Below, piece by piece: positions 1-12,413 of a stretch of 64,000 nt of DNA (positions are counted from its first letter, which is position 1; each line of letters begins with the position of its first letter). The position numbers and the translations under genes are program-made. Under the pieces are notes generated by a model. The model ran no database searches. It worked only from the letters and a program-made list of their open reading frames with translations, and was not told where the DNA came from. The stretch lies in the NCBI RefSeq assembly GCF_002571385.2, contig NW_019218343.1, forward strand, positions 7,491 through 71,490. Reading direction: 5' to 3'. This stretch comes from Stylophora pistillata (Eukaryota).

Positions 1-534
1 TATAGGGAAAACTTGTCAAAAAATTACGATATTTCTGATTAAAATTTTACTCCGAGCCCCAAAGTAGACACCGATCGTAAACCGGCCAAGGTAAATATAT
101 AAACCATCTTCTGATGGTTATTCATAATCGCCTTTTTTAGATGGGATCCTATGAAACCTGTTATTGAAGAAATATTGCACTTTAATTTTTTAAGTTTAAT
201 AGTACCAATTCCAGTTCTTAAATGAGGCAGAAAAAGAGAAAAACAACAGAAAAGGAGACTCGGCATCAGCGCCGTCACGATTCGCTTCACTGTCCGAGGG
301 TGAAATGCAACAAATTTTGACAAAAAGACACTCTGATAAAACCAAACAAATGAAAGAAAAATAAAGAATTTTGTATTTTAACTGCAGTAAAATAAAACTC
401 GAGCTTTCAACAGAAAATTCGAAATAAAACCAATTTCTATTTTGCTTAACATTTCGCTTACCGCGAACAATCATTTCTGATATTGTTGTTCGTTTTTCGC
501 GTCGGATTTACTGCACAATTCCACCGGCTATGTT

Positions 535-718
535 ATAAAACAATTTGTTCATGCTTTTAGCTGTGCACTATCGCATTATGGAGCACGTGGGAAGTTTTTA
601 GAGCACTCAAGAAGCTAGAGTTGCCTCGGGCAACTCTTACGTTTCTTTCGTGCTCTCCAAACTTCGCACGTGCTCCATAACTCGATAGTGCACGCTAATG
701 CATGAACCAGTTGTTAAT
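535..718. mobile_element. MITE-like palindromic element
   Basis: AACAATTTGTTCATGC / GCATGAACCAGTTGTT termini and internal inverted symmetry (GTGCACTATCG / CGATAGTGCAC; GGAGCAC / GTGCTCC). Confidence 0.65.
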
Positions 719-1384
719 TATTAGTATGTTTCGTTGCCCCTCTCATGCTTACTTTTATGGTTGTGCAGTTTAAATTGAGATAATGTGTTTTAAAACACAT
801 TTATTTAATATACATCAGATAACTTTAAAATATCCCTTTACAATTTGAAGATGAAGGATAAGAAAATGCAAGAGAGATTATAGAATCTCTTGGAATATAC
901 CACAATCTATACATTTTTTTTTCAATTTTCTGCATCAAATAGTACATATGGATCTATGATGTCAACCCCATCTGGAGATTTCTCAAAGTAAACTAATTTA
1001 CTCAAATCATTATAAATTTTGCTGAAAATTCGACAACAAACGCTGCCGACGTTTTAGGTAACCGGGCCTTTTTCTCTTAGCATGACGTGGTCTCGCTCCT
1101 TTTCTGTCGCGTTGCTTGGCGATCTATTTAAACAACTGCTAAGAAGTACAGAAAAAGATATTTTTGTCGCGTTGTGGCATTGTTTCGGCTCCTCTTTTCT
1201 TTTGAATAATGGTGGTATGGTTGATCAACATTTTTAGCATTTATTTAGAAAATTTCGAATGGTTAATTCGATTTAAATCTCCTTAATGTTTGATGAAGCA
1301 GTGGTACCCTAGATACAAATTAGATCCTTGTCACTCTTAGGGTTGAAGAATAAAAAACTGATGCAGGAAACTGTAGATGAAGTT

Positions 1385-4300
1385 TTAGCGAACGCTTGGA
1401 GGAGGTAGTCTGACGATAAATGCCATCTGTTCTCCTGGTCTAGTGTTATGATTTAGCTCTTTTTTGTGTTCTTCATGGTCTACTTTCCGTTTTCGCTTGC
1501 CACCGGACTGCGCAGACATCTCTGCATGAGTGCGGCTGGAAGAGCTGCTGTGAAATATGTTGAACCTCCATTTCAACATTTTGTGCTGGAATGCTGCACG
1601 AACTTCACTGTTTCTCAGCACATGCAAGAGGAAAATGAGCATACCCTGAAAAAGATACGTGATTGATCAGTTCCATCTTTGAATTAGAATTTCTCGCATT
1701 ACATAGCTTTTGATTTTATTTCCTCTTGATAAAAATCTAATAAGATTAAGAGACTGTCTTCCTCGCAAAAGGCCTTTTGATCCAAGTGGACAAACGCGGT
1801 GTGAAACTTAATAAGTGGTTCACTTACTAGGCCTTTTGACTGCATGGGGTCAAGCGCGCCAGGTATTGGACCAAAGCGTTTGCAACTTATAGACATACGT
1901 ACATGTAGTTTGTACAGACCTGTGTGGAGTTAAGTATTGTAAAAACATACTGGAACTCCAACCCTGCGTCCGTGACAGCCAAGAGACCAAATATCCAAGT
2001 TAAACCCAGTAGAGGGCTTAAGATGATAAACGACTTCAGAGTTTTTCTAAAAGCAAATAAAACGCGAAACTGCTTTCAAATTACAATTTTCTTTTGGAGC
2101 TATACATTGCAATACACATTTCGCATGGGAAATTATTTTTTCTACAATAAAATGAAATCGTTCGAACTATCTATTAATTATAAATGAATAATCGAGAAGA
2201 TTCTCTCCCTTGTCGAATAACGCAGAAAGGTTCAAGGGAAAAACCCAAAACAATTTAAAATGACTTCATCCAGTTTAAGACTTCAATAAAAAAAAAAAAA
2301 AACAGACCTTCAAGTTGAATAGTTAATTTAAGATTTAAATAAATAAGAGGCTGTAATAGCGTTATTTCAAAATTCGGATATGATAATAGTGTTTCATTCA
2401 TTTTAATTAGTAAACGGCCAAGCATATTTCGAGGAAAAATTATCATTCGGTGACATTTTTCCTCTGAGAGTTGACGTAATTTACGCGATTTCAAGAATCC
2501 TTTACTTTAGTTTCCATGCTACCGCAGGCACTACAAGACATACCTCAAGGTCTTCATTTTAGAGGGATTAGGTTCATGGAGATTCCTGATCTCTCGTAAC
2601 ACCGCCATGAGTACCCCAAAGTTGATCTTAAATAAAGAAAATGCAAAACAAAGGCTCCAATCACTTGTCTATGGGGCAATCGTATAAATAAGTCACTTAG
2701 TCGGTCACCCACTCCCAGTTAATCAGTCAGTCACAATATGTTTCAACCACCATTCATTCAATCATGTTTTCATTCTCTCGTTCATTCATTCATATATTTA
2801 TTCTTCTTGTTTGTCATTTCCAGCCATTAATTAAGATAACGGTAAAAGCAGAGAGAAGAGGACTTACAACTGTCACAAGTAACACAGGGACGATGAAGGC
2901 CCAGCTCAAGTGCTTGTGGAAGGATAACCAGCAGCTGAAAGTAAGTTCAGACGACGGATCTGTTTCAAAACAGTTTATATGACGGTGTCTAATAAAATGA
3001 ATAAGTTATAATGACGAATAAAGCGCTGTGTACTTACAAGTTTTCATTTGTGTAAGTATCAAGTCCTTTTTCACCGCCTGAGCCAATTATTAGCGAAATA
3101 ACTATTGGTACGATTGGGAAACCTATGAGATAAGAAATGGAATAACAATATAATTCAATAAAAATACAGCTCAATAATTCCACAATACGATAACCTACAT
3201 GGTTAAAATATAAAAATCAGCTCAACAGGATGAAGTACAACAACAACAGAAGCAACAATAACAACAACAACACAAATAAGAAAAAAAAACAACAGTAACG
3301 ATAACAGCAACATTAACAACAACAGTGAAATCAATATGAAAGACGGCTGTAATATAAAATTACCTGCCCTCCCTGAGGGAATCAATAGATAAGTTCTATT
3401 TTACATTCAATATATATCACACAAAATACAGCCAATCAGAATACAAGAAAGCGTGTGTTTCACCCAACGTTAAGTTTTCTATTGTACTTTGTATTGCTTG
3501 TGCTTGCCTCAGCATTCTCTATCAAATGAAATCTGCAACATTTTTGAGAGTTTTGCCAAGAAATATCCCACTTTTCACTTATAGTTGATTGCAACTCGTT
3601 TGATATTCTGTGGAATACTTAGCAATTATTCCACGAGTGCGCGATGAATATCAGATGATAGATAGCTAACGAGGCACATAGGACTAAGAGGGCTGGAATC
3701 ATCTCCTATCCAACAAGCGCAATTGGATAATTGTTTTATTAAAAACCCTCCAAAAGATAGCTAAATCTTCCCATCTTAATGTTGCAAGAATAAACGGAAA
3801 GTTAAAAATATGCAAAAATACTTTTAGTTCAACTCGTCTTTATGCGCACACACTAGTATAATGGCTCAAAACCCATGATGGCTAAGGCAATGAAAATTTT
3901 TTAATCGCATCCACTGATCGAGGATGAAGTAGGACAACAACAGAAGCAAAAATAACAACAACAAAAATAACAAAAAACAACAACAACAACAACAATAACA
4001 GCAGCATTAACAACAACAGTGAAATTAATATCAAGGACAGCTGTATTATGAAATGACCTGCCGTCCCTGAAGGAATCGATAGATAAGTTCTATTTCACAT
4101 TCAATATTTAACACACAAAGTACAGCCGATCAGAATACAAGAAAGCTTGTGTTTCACCCAACTTTCCTATTGTACTTTGTATTACTTGTGCTGGCCTCAG
4201 CAATCTCTATCAAATAAAATCTGCAACGTTTTCGAGAGTTACGGCCAAGAAATATCCCACTTTTCACTTGTATTTGATTGCGACTCGTTTGATATTCTGT

Positions 4301-7300
4301 GAAATCCTTAACGATTATTCCACGAGTGTGCGTTGAATATGAGATGATAGCTAACCAACGAGGCCCGTAGAGCCAAGATAGCTGGAATCATCTCCTACAC
4401 AACAAGCGCAATTGGATAATTGATTTATTAAAAACTCTCCAAAATATAGATAAATCTTCCCAACTTTATTTTACAAGAATAAACGGAAAGTTAAAATATA
4501 CAAAAATACTATCGGTTTAACTCGTCTTCATGCGCACGCATAGTGTGATGGCTCATAACCCATGACGGCTAAGGCAATGAAAATTTTTGAATCGCATCCA
4601 CTGATCCAGTTTTTAATGATATTCGGATATCATCGTAATTATTTTCATCACCAGAGCAATGACATTGTTAAGTTTCTTACCCCAGCCAAAGAAATAGAGG
4701 TACCGCATGTTCACTGTGTTGAATACCTCTACAATCATTATGTACAAAAAAACTCCCTCTATGAGCATCCATCCAAACGCTGCCAGATAGAAGTAGTGGA
4801 GTAAAACAGCCACTAAGATGCACACGGACTGAAATGAGAGATCGGATAAGCTGATAATTAAATTCTCCAGGGAAAGATCAAGCCAGGAGACTTTGCACCA
4901 CATCTTACATCAAAAATGGTCCCAGTCTAGTTATCTTCACATGAGAAGTAATTCGTCTTCTTGAAATAGACAATAGTGAATGACTTCGGAAGTAATGAAA
5001 GCGAAACTCGCGAACTTTGCCGGAGGCTTTTCAACGATGTGAAAGGAAGAAATTTAGTTCACCTAGAAATTCGGCAGAAAAAAATTGTATCGCATTTGTG
5101 ACATGCATTTTGTTTTGGCGAGTTTGAAAGCGATATTTACTTCTAGCGTCAATTCGCCGAAATGTGCTGCAATTCATCGATCGAACAAAACAAACTGCGC
5201 GGAATTTCTTCTCTGAGGGATGAGACGACTAAGCTTACAACACATAAGATGAAATTGATTGTAAAGAACGACTAAATATGTGACTACAAATGGAACTTCT
5301 TTTCGTACCTTATTGCTGGTAGCATCGATTCCGGATAAAAATACTAGCTGAGCAAGAAACAGAGCCGTGGAAAGATTCAGCCTGACTTGGATTCCTTCGG
5401 CTTTAATTTTCCTGTTTAAAAGTATTCAACAAATTAGATAAACATGGAATTTTTACTTGGCAACCACCCAGAAGTCTACAGCAAACATTACTGAGAAGAA
5501 AGGTACATAGTGCAGAGTATGTTGATAGGTTCTTTCTCTGCTTCTCTTCCTAAGGGGGGGGNNNNNNNNNNNNNNNNNNNNNGGGGGGGGGTCACGGGCA
5601 CCCAGGAGCCCCCTGGCTACCCCCTTGACTATATCAAAGGTGATTAAAGTTAACTACAATAACTCTACTGACCTCAACTTTAGAAAAACGGAGATATTTG
5701 TCCCTATTTTGGTGGAACGATTCCTAACTAATCTTTTCCTAAAACAAATTGCTCAAACAAGATATTACCGTACAACAAAACCTCGGCGTTACTTTTATAT
5801 CTAGAAATTTTTTCTCCCTTTTTTTCAGAAACACTCACATAAATGTCACATAGACGAATATGACCAGTGCTTCCCCAACGAGGGATAAGGAGCAACCAAC
5901 GTAGGTAATAATGAGCAATGCCCTTCTGTGCTCCGGTGGAATGTTACCTTCCTGAGAATCAAAAAGAAAAAAGAAAACAGGTGGAAAATGAGATAAAAAT
6001 TACAAAGTGGTTGAGAGATTATGACTTAAAAGCTTTGGATTCGTTGGAAATTCTACTAACTCCGCGATTAGCCGTTCCAAAAGTGATGTATTGCTAAATA
6101 ACGTTCGAAACGTCAGCTTTGAAACTTTTTACGGTGGCCAATTTACTTTATCAACTCAGTTGATAAAACCAGAATTACCTTATAATTGTACCCTACCGAC
6201 GCAGCACCACAATTTCTTTAGAAACTAACCCCCTTTGTTCATTTCTCTCCACAAATAGCTTGTAAAAATGAACTATTCATAGGCCGACGAAGGGCTAACC
6301 CTCGAAACGTCAGCTTTTGTAATCGTTACGGTGGCCAATTTACCATTTCAACTTTGTTGATATATCCAAATTATTCATAGCCCGATCTGATACGAACAGA
6401 CTTGCCTTTGAAGGAATTATTAAAGTATACCTCCTGGCGAATAAAAACCAGTGACCTCCTGGCGAATAAAAACCAGTGTGATAAGAATGACCCAAAGACA
6501 AAATTCAGTAGTCACAGAGGTGGAATGGAGCAATAAGCTTAAAAAAAAATCCAAACGCAATCACGATCACTGCAAACAACCGTATACAATTAGATGCGTG
6601 CGCATAAGCGACGCACATGGCACACGATGAACTTGAAGTCTTGTAGGGAGTTTTATTTTTTTTTAGTTCCCAAGATAGCAATGACTCTTGGATGAAACAT
6701 TCACAACATCACACCTCAATGTCCTTGTATTGCATTAGAACTGCGAAATTCGTGAGGTGGTTACAACTGCAAACAGTCGAAAGCATGGAAGAATCATTCA
6801 GTACCGTGCAGCCATCACTTGACCACGAACCGCCGTTCGTGGAGCTAAAAATAATTTGATAATAAACTATGGATAAGAAAGAAGAAAGACTGAAATAGAA
6901 AAATAAAGAAAGAACCTTCCACATATACTAAATGCCCAAAATCTAACAGATGACTGAATAATTAAATTGACCTACTTGAAATCCTCCATCCAGAAGACGC
7001 ATTGCCTTTCGACAATTTTTGGATCAATCTTCAGCTACCAAAGGAAGCGTAATGACGTTATGGTGAGAAATGACTACTACACTTTCCATCTAATATAAGC
7101 CCCATTCAAATGGTCGAAATTCCTTTGCCGATAACTACATTTAAAAACACAATATAGTCTATTTTACCTCGTTGTGACTAAAATAAATGATGATTTTATC
7201 TTGAATAGTTTCATTCTGAGGAGGGTCAAGTTCAATTCCAACGACATCAGAAATCAGTGTATAGCTACAAAGATAACAAAACATACTTAAATCTTGTGTG

Positions 7301-10300
7301 TCTATTAGTATATCACTAGCTAATGACGCACGAGTCTATCTTGACATTTCTGGGCTATTTGTACCATTTCCTGTAATTTTTCCCCCCCAGAATCTATTGA
7401 AGTTAAAAAAAATAATAACAAAATGAAATACGTAAATTAAAGCTCCCCCTGAGGGGCTATTCGGCCACAGTGTAGACTAACTAAGTAGTTAAAAATCCAC
7501 ACTGGCAGAAGGCAGACCAGTGGGCCATTTACAGAACACAGCCGAGGATTTTAACTAGTGGCAACTGAGAACAAATCCAGTGATTAGCAGGGGGGAGGAT
7601 TTGAACCCGAGACACAAGTTCAGCACCCTGACCACTCGGGCACGCCGCCTCCTCTAGCTTGCAAACTGAAACCTTAAACTTGAATGGAGCTATCCACAGA
7701 TTAAGTCCCAGTGAGAGGACTGTTTGGCAGAACGGTATCTCGGCTCCTCCCATTTACGCTCTCCTTACACCTGCTATTGGAGAACTAGAATTTAAAACAG
7801 TAACTAATATCCTTTCGCCTTGCACTTAGAAACGACTCTCTTTAATGGATAATTACTAATTCTTACATGCTGCCGTTATAATTCCAAAGACTGGCTTCAT
7901 TCCTTGCTTTTCGGTGCAATATAACTGCAATAACCCTCCCTGAAGGAATGGCGAAAAAATTTAACATATTAATAAAAATTTGCATACTAATCAAAAGACA
8001 ACTTTGTTACTTTTTTAACTCCCGGTTAACTCAATAGATAGAGCGCTGGACTGTTTTGCGGGAGGTCGAGGGTTCGAGCCCTGGCCGGACCAACACTCAA
8101 GGTCTTAAAATAATTGAGAAGAATATGCTACCTTTCCTTAACATCAAAGAAATGGTTTGATATTCTAGTCTTCTCGGATAGGGACGAATAAATGGAGGTC
8201 CCGTCTCCTGCAGGGTTGGGGTAGGAGACGTTAATTTCCCACACACGAGATTACTGTGTGATGGATGTCCTCCCCTAGGGTGGGATGGGTGGGAGGGTGT
8301 ACTAGCACGAATGGTTCCAATGTTCCTTTCTAGTCCTTCCCCACTGCAAAACTTAATGCAATGAAAATGGACTAAATTAAATTAACTCCAACTGATAATG
8401 AATCTTAGCGTTCAGAAGAGACTTCATATACCTACCTGCGTCTTTAAACACTTTGTAGGTGATAATAACTTGGACCATTTTGCTCTCACTGCTGTTGTTA
8501 TTTATATAAAAACTGATCTCAACATCAGTGGAAACTCCTTTAGGTACTTTTCTCACTTTAGTATCTATGATATTTCAGTAAAAAAAAAGGAAATGAAAAT
8601 GTAGAAATTAAGTCAAATGAACTCTACAAAATTAGCTGTACATCGATGGCTATAGGACTACAGAAGAGGTGAAGTCATCCAAGATGGCAGCCAACTTGAC
8701 AGCCGCCATCCTAGAACGCCTTTCAAAACAAAGAAAAGAAAAAGTTTGAAAGTTAGCATGAAATTTCTTGCAATTTGATCCTAAGTATCCGAATGTTTCA
8801 GATAATTTTTCAGAAACACTTTCATCGAATAAACATAAAATCTAGCAGTTTCATTGAGAATGAATTCCTAGTTATTTTCTTGAGGCATACTGTTACCACA
8901 GTAACCGACTACACCCAACTCGCCCTTAAAAGAAACTTGCAATCCACAATCCTCGTGCTCAAAACATCCACTTTCCTGAATTTTTTCATCGGTAATCAAC
9001 CAAGTGTGTCATTCAAAAATTTAGAACTTTTATTAATAATAGAGAGATTGAAAGCCAAGTTTAAGTGGAGAGAAAAAGAGAAAAAAAGAAGTTTTCTTAA
9101 CAAAACAAGTTAAAAATTTAAATACCTGGCAGGTGTATTAATACTTACCAAGACCTGATCCCATATCTAGAGTGTAAGTATAATTCCCTTCTCGACAATA
9201 AGTTTGACAGCAGTTCAGGAGTGTGTCCTCGATTTGGCAGCTACCGATCGTCATTACATCATGCTCTTCACAAGACCAGGAGTATTCTAACGCCTGTAGA
9301 TGCAGCGGGAGAAGCACAAACAATTATATAGCTGATTTTGAAAAAAAAAAATCATTTGCTATTGCGAGATGGTACTTGCTAAAATGAGGTACTTTGTTTA
9401 CATTGAAATGAAAGGTGAGAAGTAATTTTGTACTTGGTTTTGGTTGGGGGGAGGGGGGTGAGAATGAAATTGATTCAGGAGTGTTGGGATATATTTTACC
9501 TGACTGTCTGAACGAGTTCCTTTACTTTGTACGCACTTTGAAAGCTAGATTAAAAAGAGAAGAGTCATTTTTTCAGTGAAGTTACGAATTAAAACATCAT
9601 ATTGGTAACTGTTCGTTAACAAGTACACAGCTAACCGCCTCCTGGTTAGCTCAATTTGTGGAGGGCTGGACTGTTGTGCGGGAGGTCGAGGGTTCAAGCT
9701 CCGGCCGGACCAACACTCAGGGTCGTAAAATAATTGAGGAGAATGTGCTACCTTTCTACAATATCAAGAAATGGATAGATATTCTAGTCTTCACCGGATA
9801 AGGACGAATAAACCGTAGGTCCCGTCTCTTGCAGGGTTAGGGGTAGGAGACGTTAATTTCCCACGCACGAGATTACTGTGTGGTGGATATCCTTCCCTGG
9901 GATGGGATGGGTGAGTATAAGACTGGCCCTGAAAAGCCCATGTGGGAGTGGTCAACCAGTATAATAAATCTCTTATTAACCAAGCTTGCTCGGGACCGTA
10001 CTGGAAGAATATCGGCCCTCGATCTTTTTTGTACGGACCGAGCGCAGCGAGGTCCGTACTGTCAAGACCTCGGGCCGATATTCTCCCAGTACGGCCCTCG
10101 CGCTTGGTTAATAAGATATATGTACTTACCAGATACTGACGGCATTGATCTGAATAATCACGAGAATTATCATGAGGCAGAGATGAATCATCTGTATCTA
10201 AGTAAAATGAATTATCGGCAATGGGGTATTTAGAGTTTGGTTTTGGATCAACCTATTTCATAATCCCTGAATGAAATTTTTCTTTATTCTCATCCTTTGT

Positions 10301-12413
10301 CTGCTTTATATTGTACTAACAGAGTAAGGAGAAGTTCTGTCTTATGGGAGTTAAATGATTAAATCCTAGAACTGAGCAATATGTAACACCAGAATTATCA
10401 TGAGATTAACATGAAAAGTGAATCATTAAAGTTTAAAAAAGTTTTGTGAGTCCAATAATCGACAAAGAACGCCATAAGGTGGTTCGTATGAGAAATTTAT
10501 GATATGCTTCCTCAGCGGTGGATCTAGGAGCAGATTTCGGGGTATTCCTCATCACCTGGCTGACACCAAAATCTTTCTAACAAATGGTCTTATCGTACTA
10601 CTCGAAATGAAACATTTAAAGTATGTTGTATTGATCTGTTTCCTAGACTATCTGTACCATATAATGTAAAATGAAACTCCATAGTTTTGTGGCAAAAGTT
10701 TAGATCCCCCCCTTCCCTTTAGCAAAAATCTGTAGCTCCGCCCTTGCACCTGAAAGCATTTTTGTTGTACTTATTTTATTTCAGAGAGAAACGACCTGAA
10801 TATTGTTTATAAAACAATAAATCTTACCATTATAGGAAAATAAATAAGGAAGTTTCCTGCTGCAGTTTAACGACTTCAGCTGCATCATAGATTTACTAAT
10901 GGCATAACAGCGGTCAAACAGCTGTGTTCTGTCCAGGAGCTCGAGGGGTACCTGGGCTGAGTTGTTAGGTGGAAGCCCCCATTGGAACGAACCTTGGCTA
11001 TCGAGTCTCAGAGCAGTCCAGAAAAAATTTGAATACGGCTGGGAATTCTTTATGAGGTCTGCTTGTGCCTCGCAGAGTTGCTCTATACTCCCAATACTTG
11101 CCAAGGGAGCGTCATTTTCTAATAGAGAGTCGTTGAGGGCCGAAATCCACGTAAAATTATATTCAATTTGCTCGTAGCTCACATAAGCGGAGCGAGTTTC
11201 TGAAAAGCAGTAGAATTTACCCCATAAGCGCGGCCTTTCCAATAGTAATATTGATGATCTGTGCAAAATAAAGGTGTTATACGTGGAGAAAACTGCAGCC
11301 GATTAGGGGGATTTCACCATTTTGTGACCATGCTAGATTTGTAGATTGATACGACACGACAGATTGTAGCAAAATCGCTGACTACATTTGTAACTCTGTC
11401 GTTGAAGAACTGCGAAATCAGTTCAATCCACATGACAATCATTAGAATGGCAGATCGTCAGTTCGCAGAGATCTATAAGTTCTGCCCATCCTCAAACTAC
11501 CTAAAAGCAACAGTTCTTTCCTTTGAATTTGGGCGGAAGAAACTAGCATGTTTTAAAAAATTAACTCCAACTTTTGACCACAGACAGTCAATTTAAAGTT
11601 CCTTTTTGAATAATCAACGAGAAACATCGATTTAATGTTCCAGTGTTTGTGTTTATTACCGTTAAAAACAGAAAATTCGAGAAAAAATGCAATAGATTTG
11701 GATTAAGGATTATAAATTGGAGCGGGTTCTTAACTAATGGGGTTTAACTGGAGTTCAAATAGTATGCAATAAGGTAACGAAAGGTAAGTGAATCAGAGCG
11801 GCGAAATACATCTTGAGGATGGTGTTGATGCAGAAAGGTAACTGAATCAGAGCGGCGAAATACAGCTTGAGGATGATGTTGATGCCGTAAAACTTCTGGG
11901 GCTTCGAGGAGAGCTTTGGTTGTACCATCACTGCCGGCGATAATGATTTTAGATTTGAACAGATCAAGTTTGAAGGCACTTGATATTTCCTGAATGACAA
12001 ATACTAGGTTTAAAGGACCAACCGTATCAAAACAAATAGTTCACTAGGGGGTTATATGTTACAATCAAAATCATTAACCAGTGACAGAGACTTACTCTTG
12101 ATAGCAGGAAAAGCGAAAAAAAATTAGGGAAAATGGATCTAGCGAAATTATTCACGAAAAAAGAAAATTTCGTTTTGCTGTATTTACACGTAGTCTAAAA
12201 TTTCGCGTTCGTTTCACGAAAAGTATGTTTCTTAATTAATTGCACTTCAGTGTTGAATCTTTAATAACCCTAGACACTCTTCGTCTTTAATTTAACGAGA
12301 AAAGCATGGAACAATATTATTAGAATTTTTCTCTTACCCTCAACGAAGTGAACTAGCAAGGCCAGTAACATTTGGAAACGCAACCGACTTGAACCCTTTC
12401 CTGTTTGATCCAT
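1385..12413 (-). CDS. Adhesion GPCR A (signal peptide, C-type lectin-like domain, Cys-rich linker, GAIN/GPS, 7TM); about 710 aa, 18 exons
   Basis: Exons 5'->3': 12413-12338, 11199-10828, 10149-10130, 9544-9500, 9293-9149, 8564-8436, 7939-7867, 7264-7168, 7034-6976, 6844-6715, 5951-5839, 5411-5309, 4828-4681, 3122-3038, 2934-2868, 2626-2544, 2046-1920, 1645-1385. All are GT-AG with continuous phase (2133 nt). Motifs: CVFW...WSSDGC...CSCNHL|TNFAVLM (GPS), TYVGCSLS (TM1), LHYFYLAAFGWMLIEG (TM3), CWLS, LLGLTWIFG (TM6), NSTQG (TM7). The four 5'-most exons are least certain. Confidence 0.9.
3228..4607. repeat. ~690-bp diverged tandem duplication in an intron of aGPCR A
   Basis: 3228-3918 and 3921-4607 are colinear. 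Both start GGATGAAGTA...CAACAACAGAAGC and end AATCGCATCCACTGATC. Confidence 0.85.
7440..7653 (-). mobile_element. tRNA-derived SINE, family 2
   Basis: The reverse complement starts GAGGCGGCGTGCCCGAGTGGTCAGGG...GGTTCAAATCC. The body is similar to 17577-17785. Confidence 0.65.
8018..8380 (+). mobile_element. tRNA-derived SINE, family 1
   Basis: tRNA-like head with A box and B box (GGTTCGAGCCC). The body is closely similar to 9636-9960. Confidence 0.75.
9636..9960 (+). mobile_element. tRNA-derived SINE, family 1
   Basis: TAGCTCAAT...GGTTCAAGCTCC head. Paralogous to 8018-8380. Confidence 0.75.
9963..10123. mobile_element. MITE abutting the donor site of the 20-nt microexon of aGPCR A
   Basis: TCTTATTAACCAAGC...CCGTACTGG...AATATCGGCCC / GGGCCGATATT...CCAGTACGG...GCTTGGTTAATAAGA inverted repeats. 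Confidence 0.75.
11783..11884. repeat. Two-copy tandem repeat of ~53 bp
   Basis: GGTAA.TGAATCAGAGCGGCGAAATACA.CTTGAGGATG.TGTTGATGC occurs twice. Confidence 0.8.

Noticed and set aside
5552-5591. Poly-G / N run
   Set aside because: Assembly gap at a homopolymer, not a biological feature.
8891-8975. Exon-like segment (ESGCFEHEDCG...) in aGPCR A
   Set aside because: Its phase is incompatible with the upstream exon, and exon 9293-9149 splices in frame directly to 8564.
11200-11266. 5' part of ORF 10781-11266 as coding sequence, implying a frameshift in aGPCR A
   Set aside because: The acceptor at 11200-11201 has a good pyrimidine tract and gives the correct phase with the signal-peptide exon, so no frameshift is needed.
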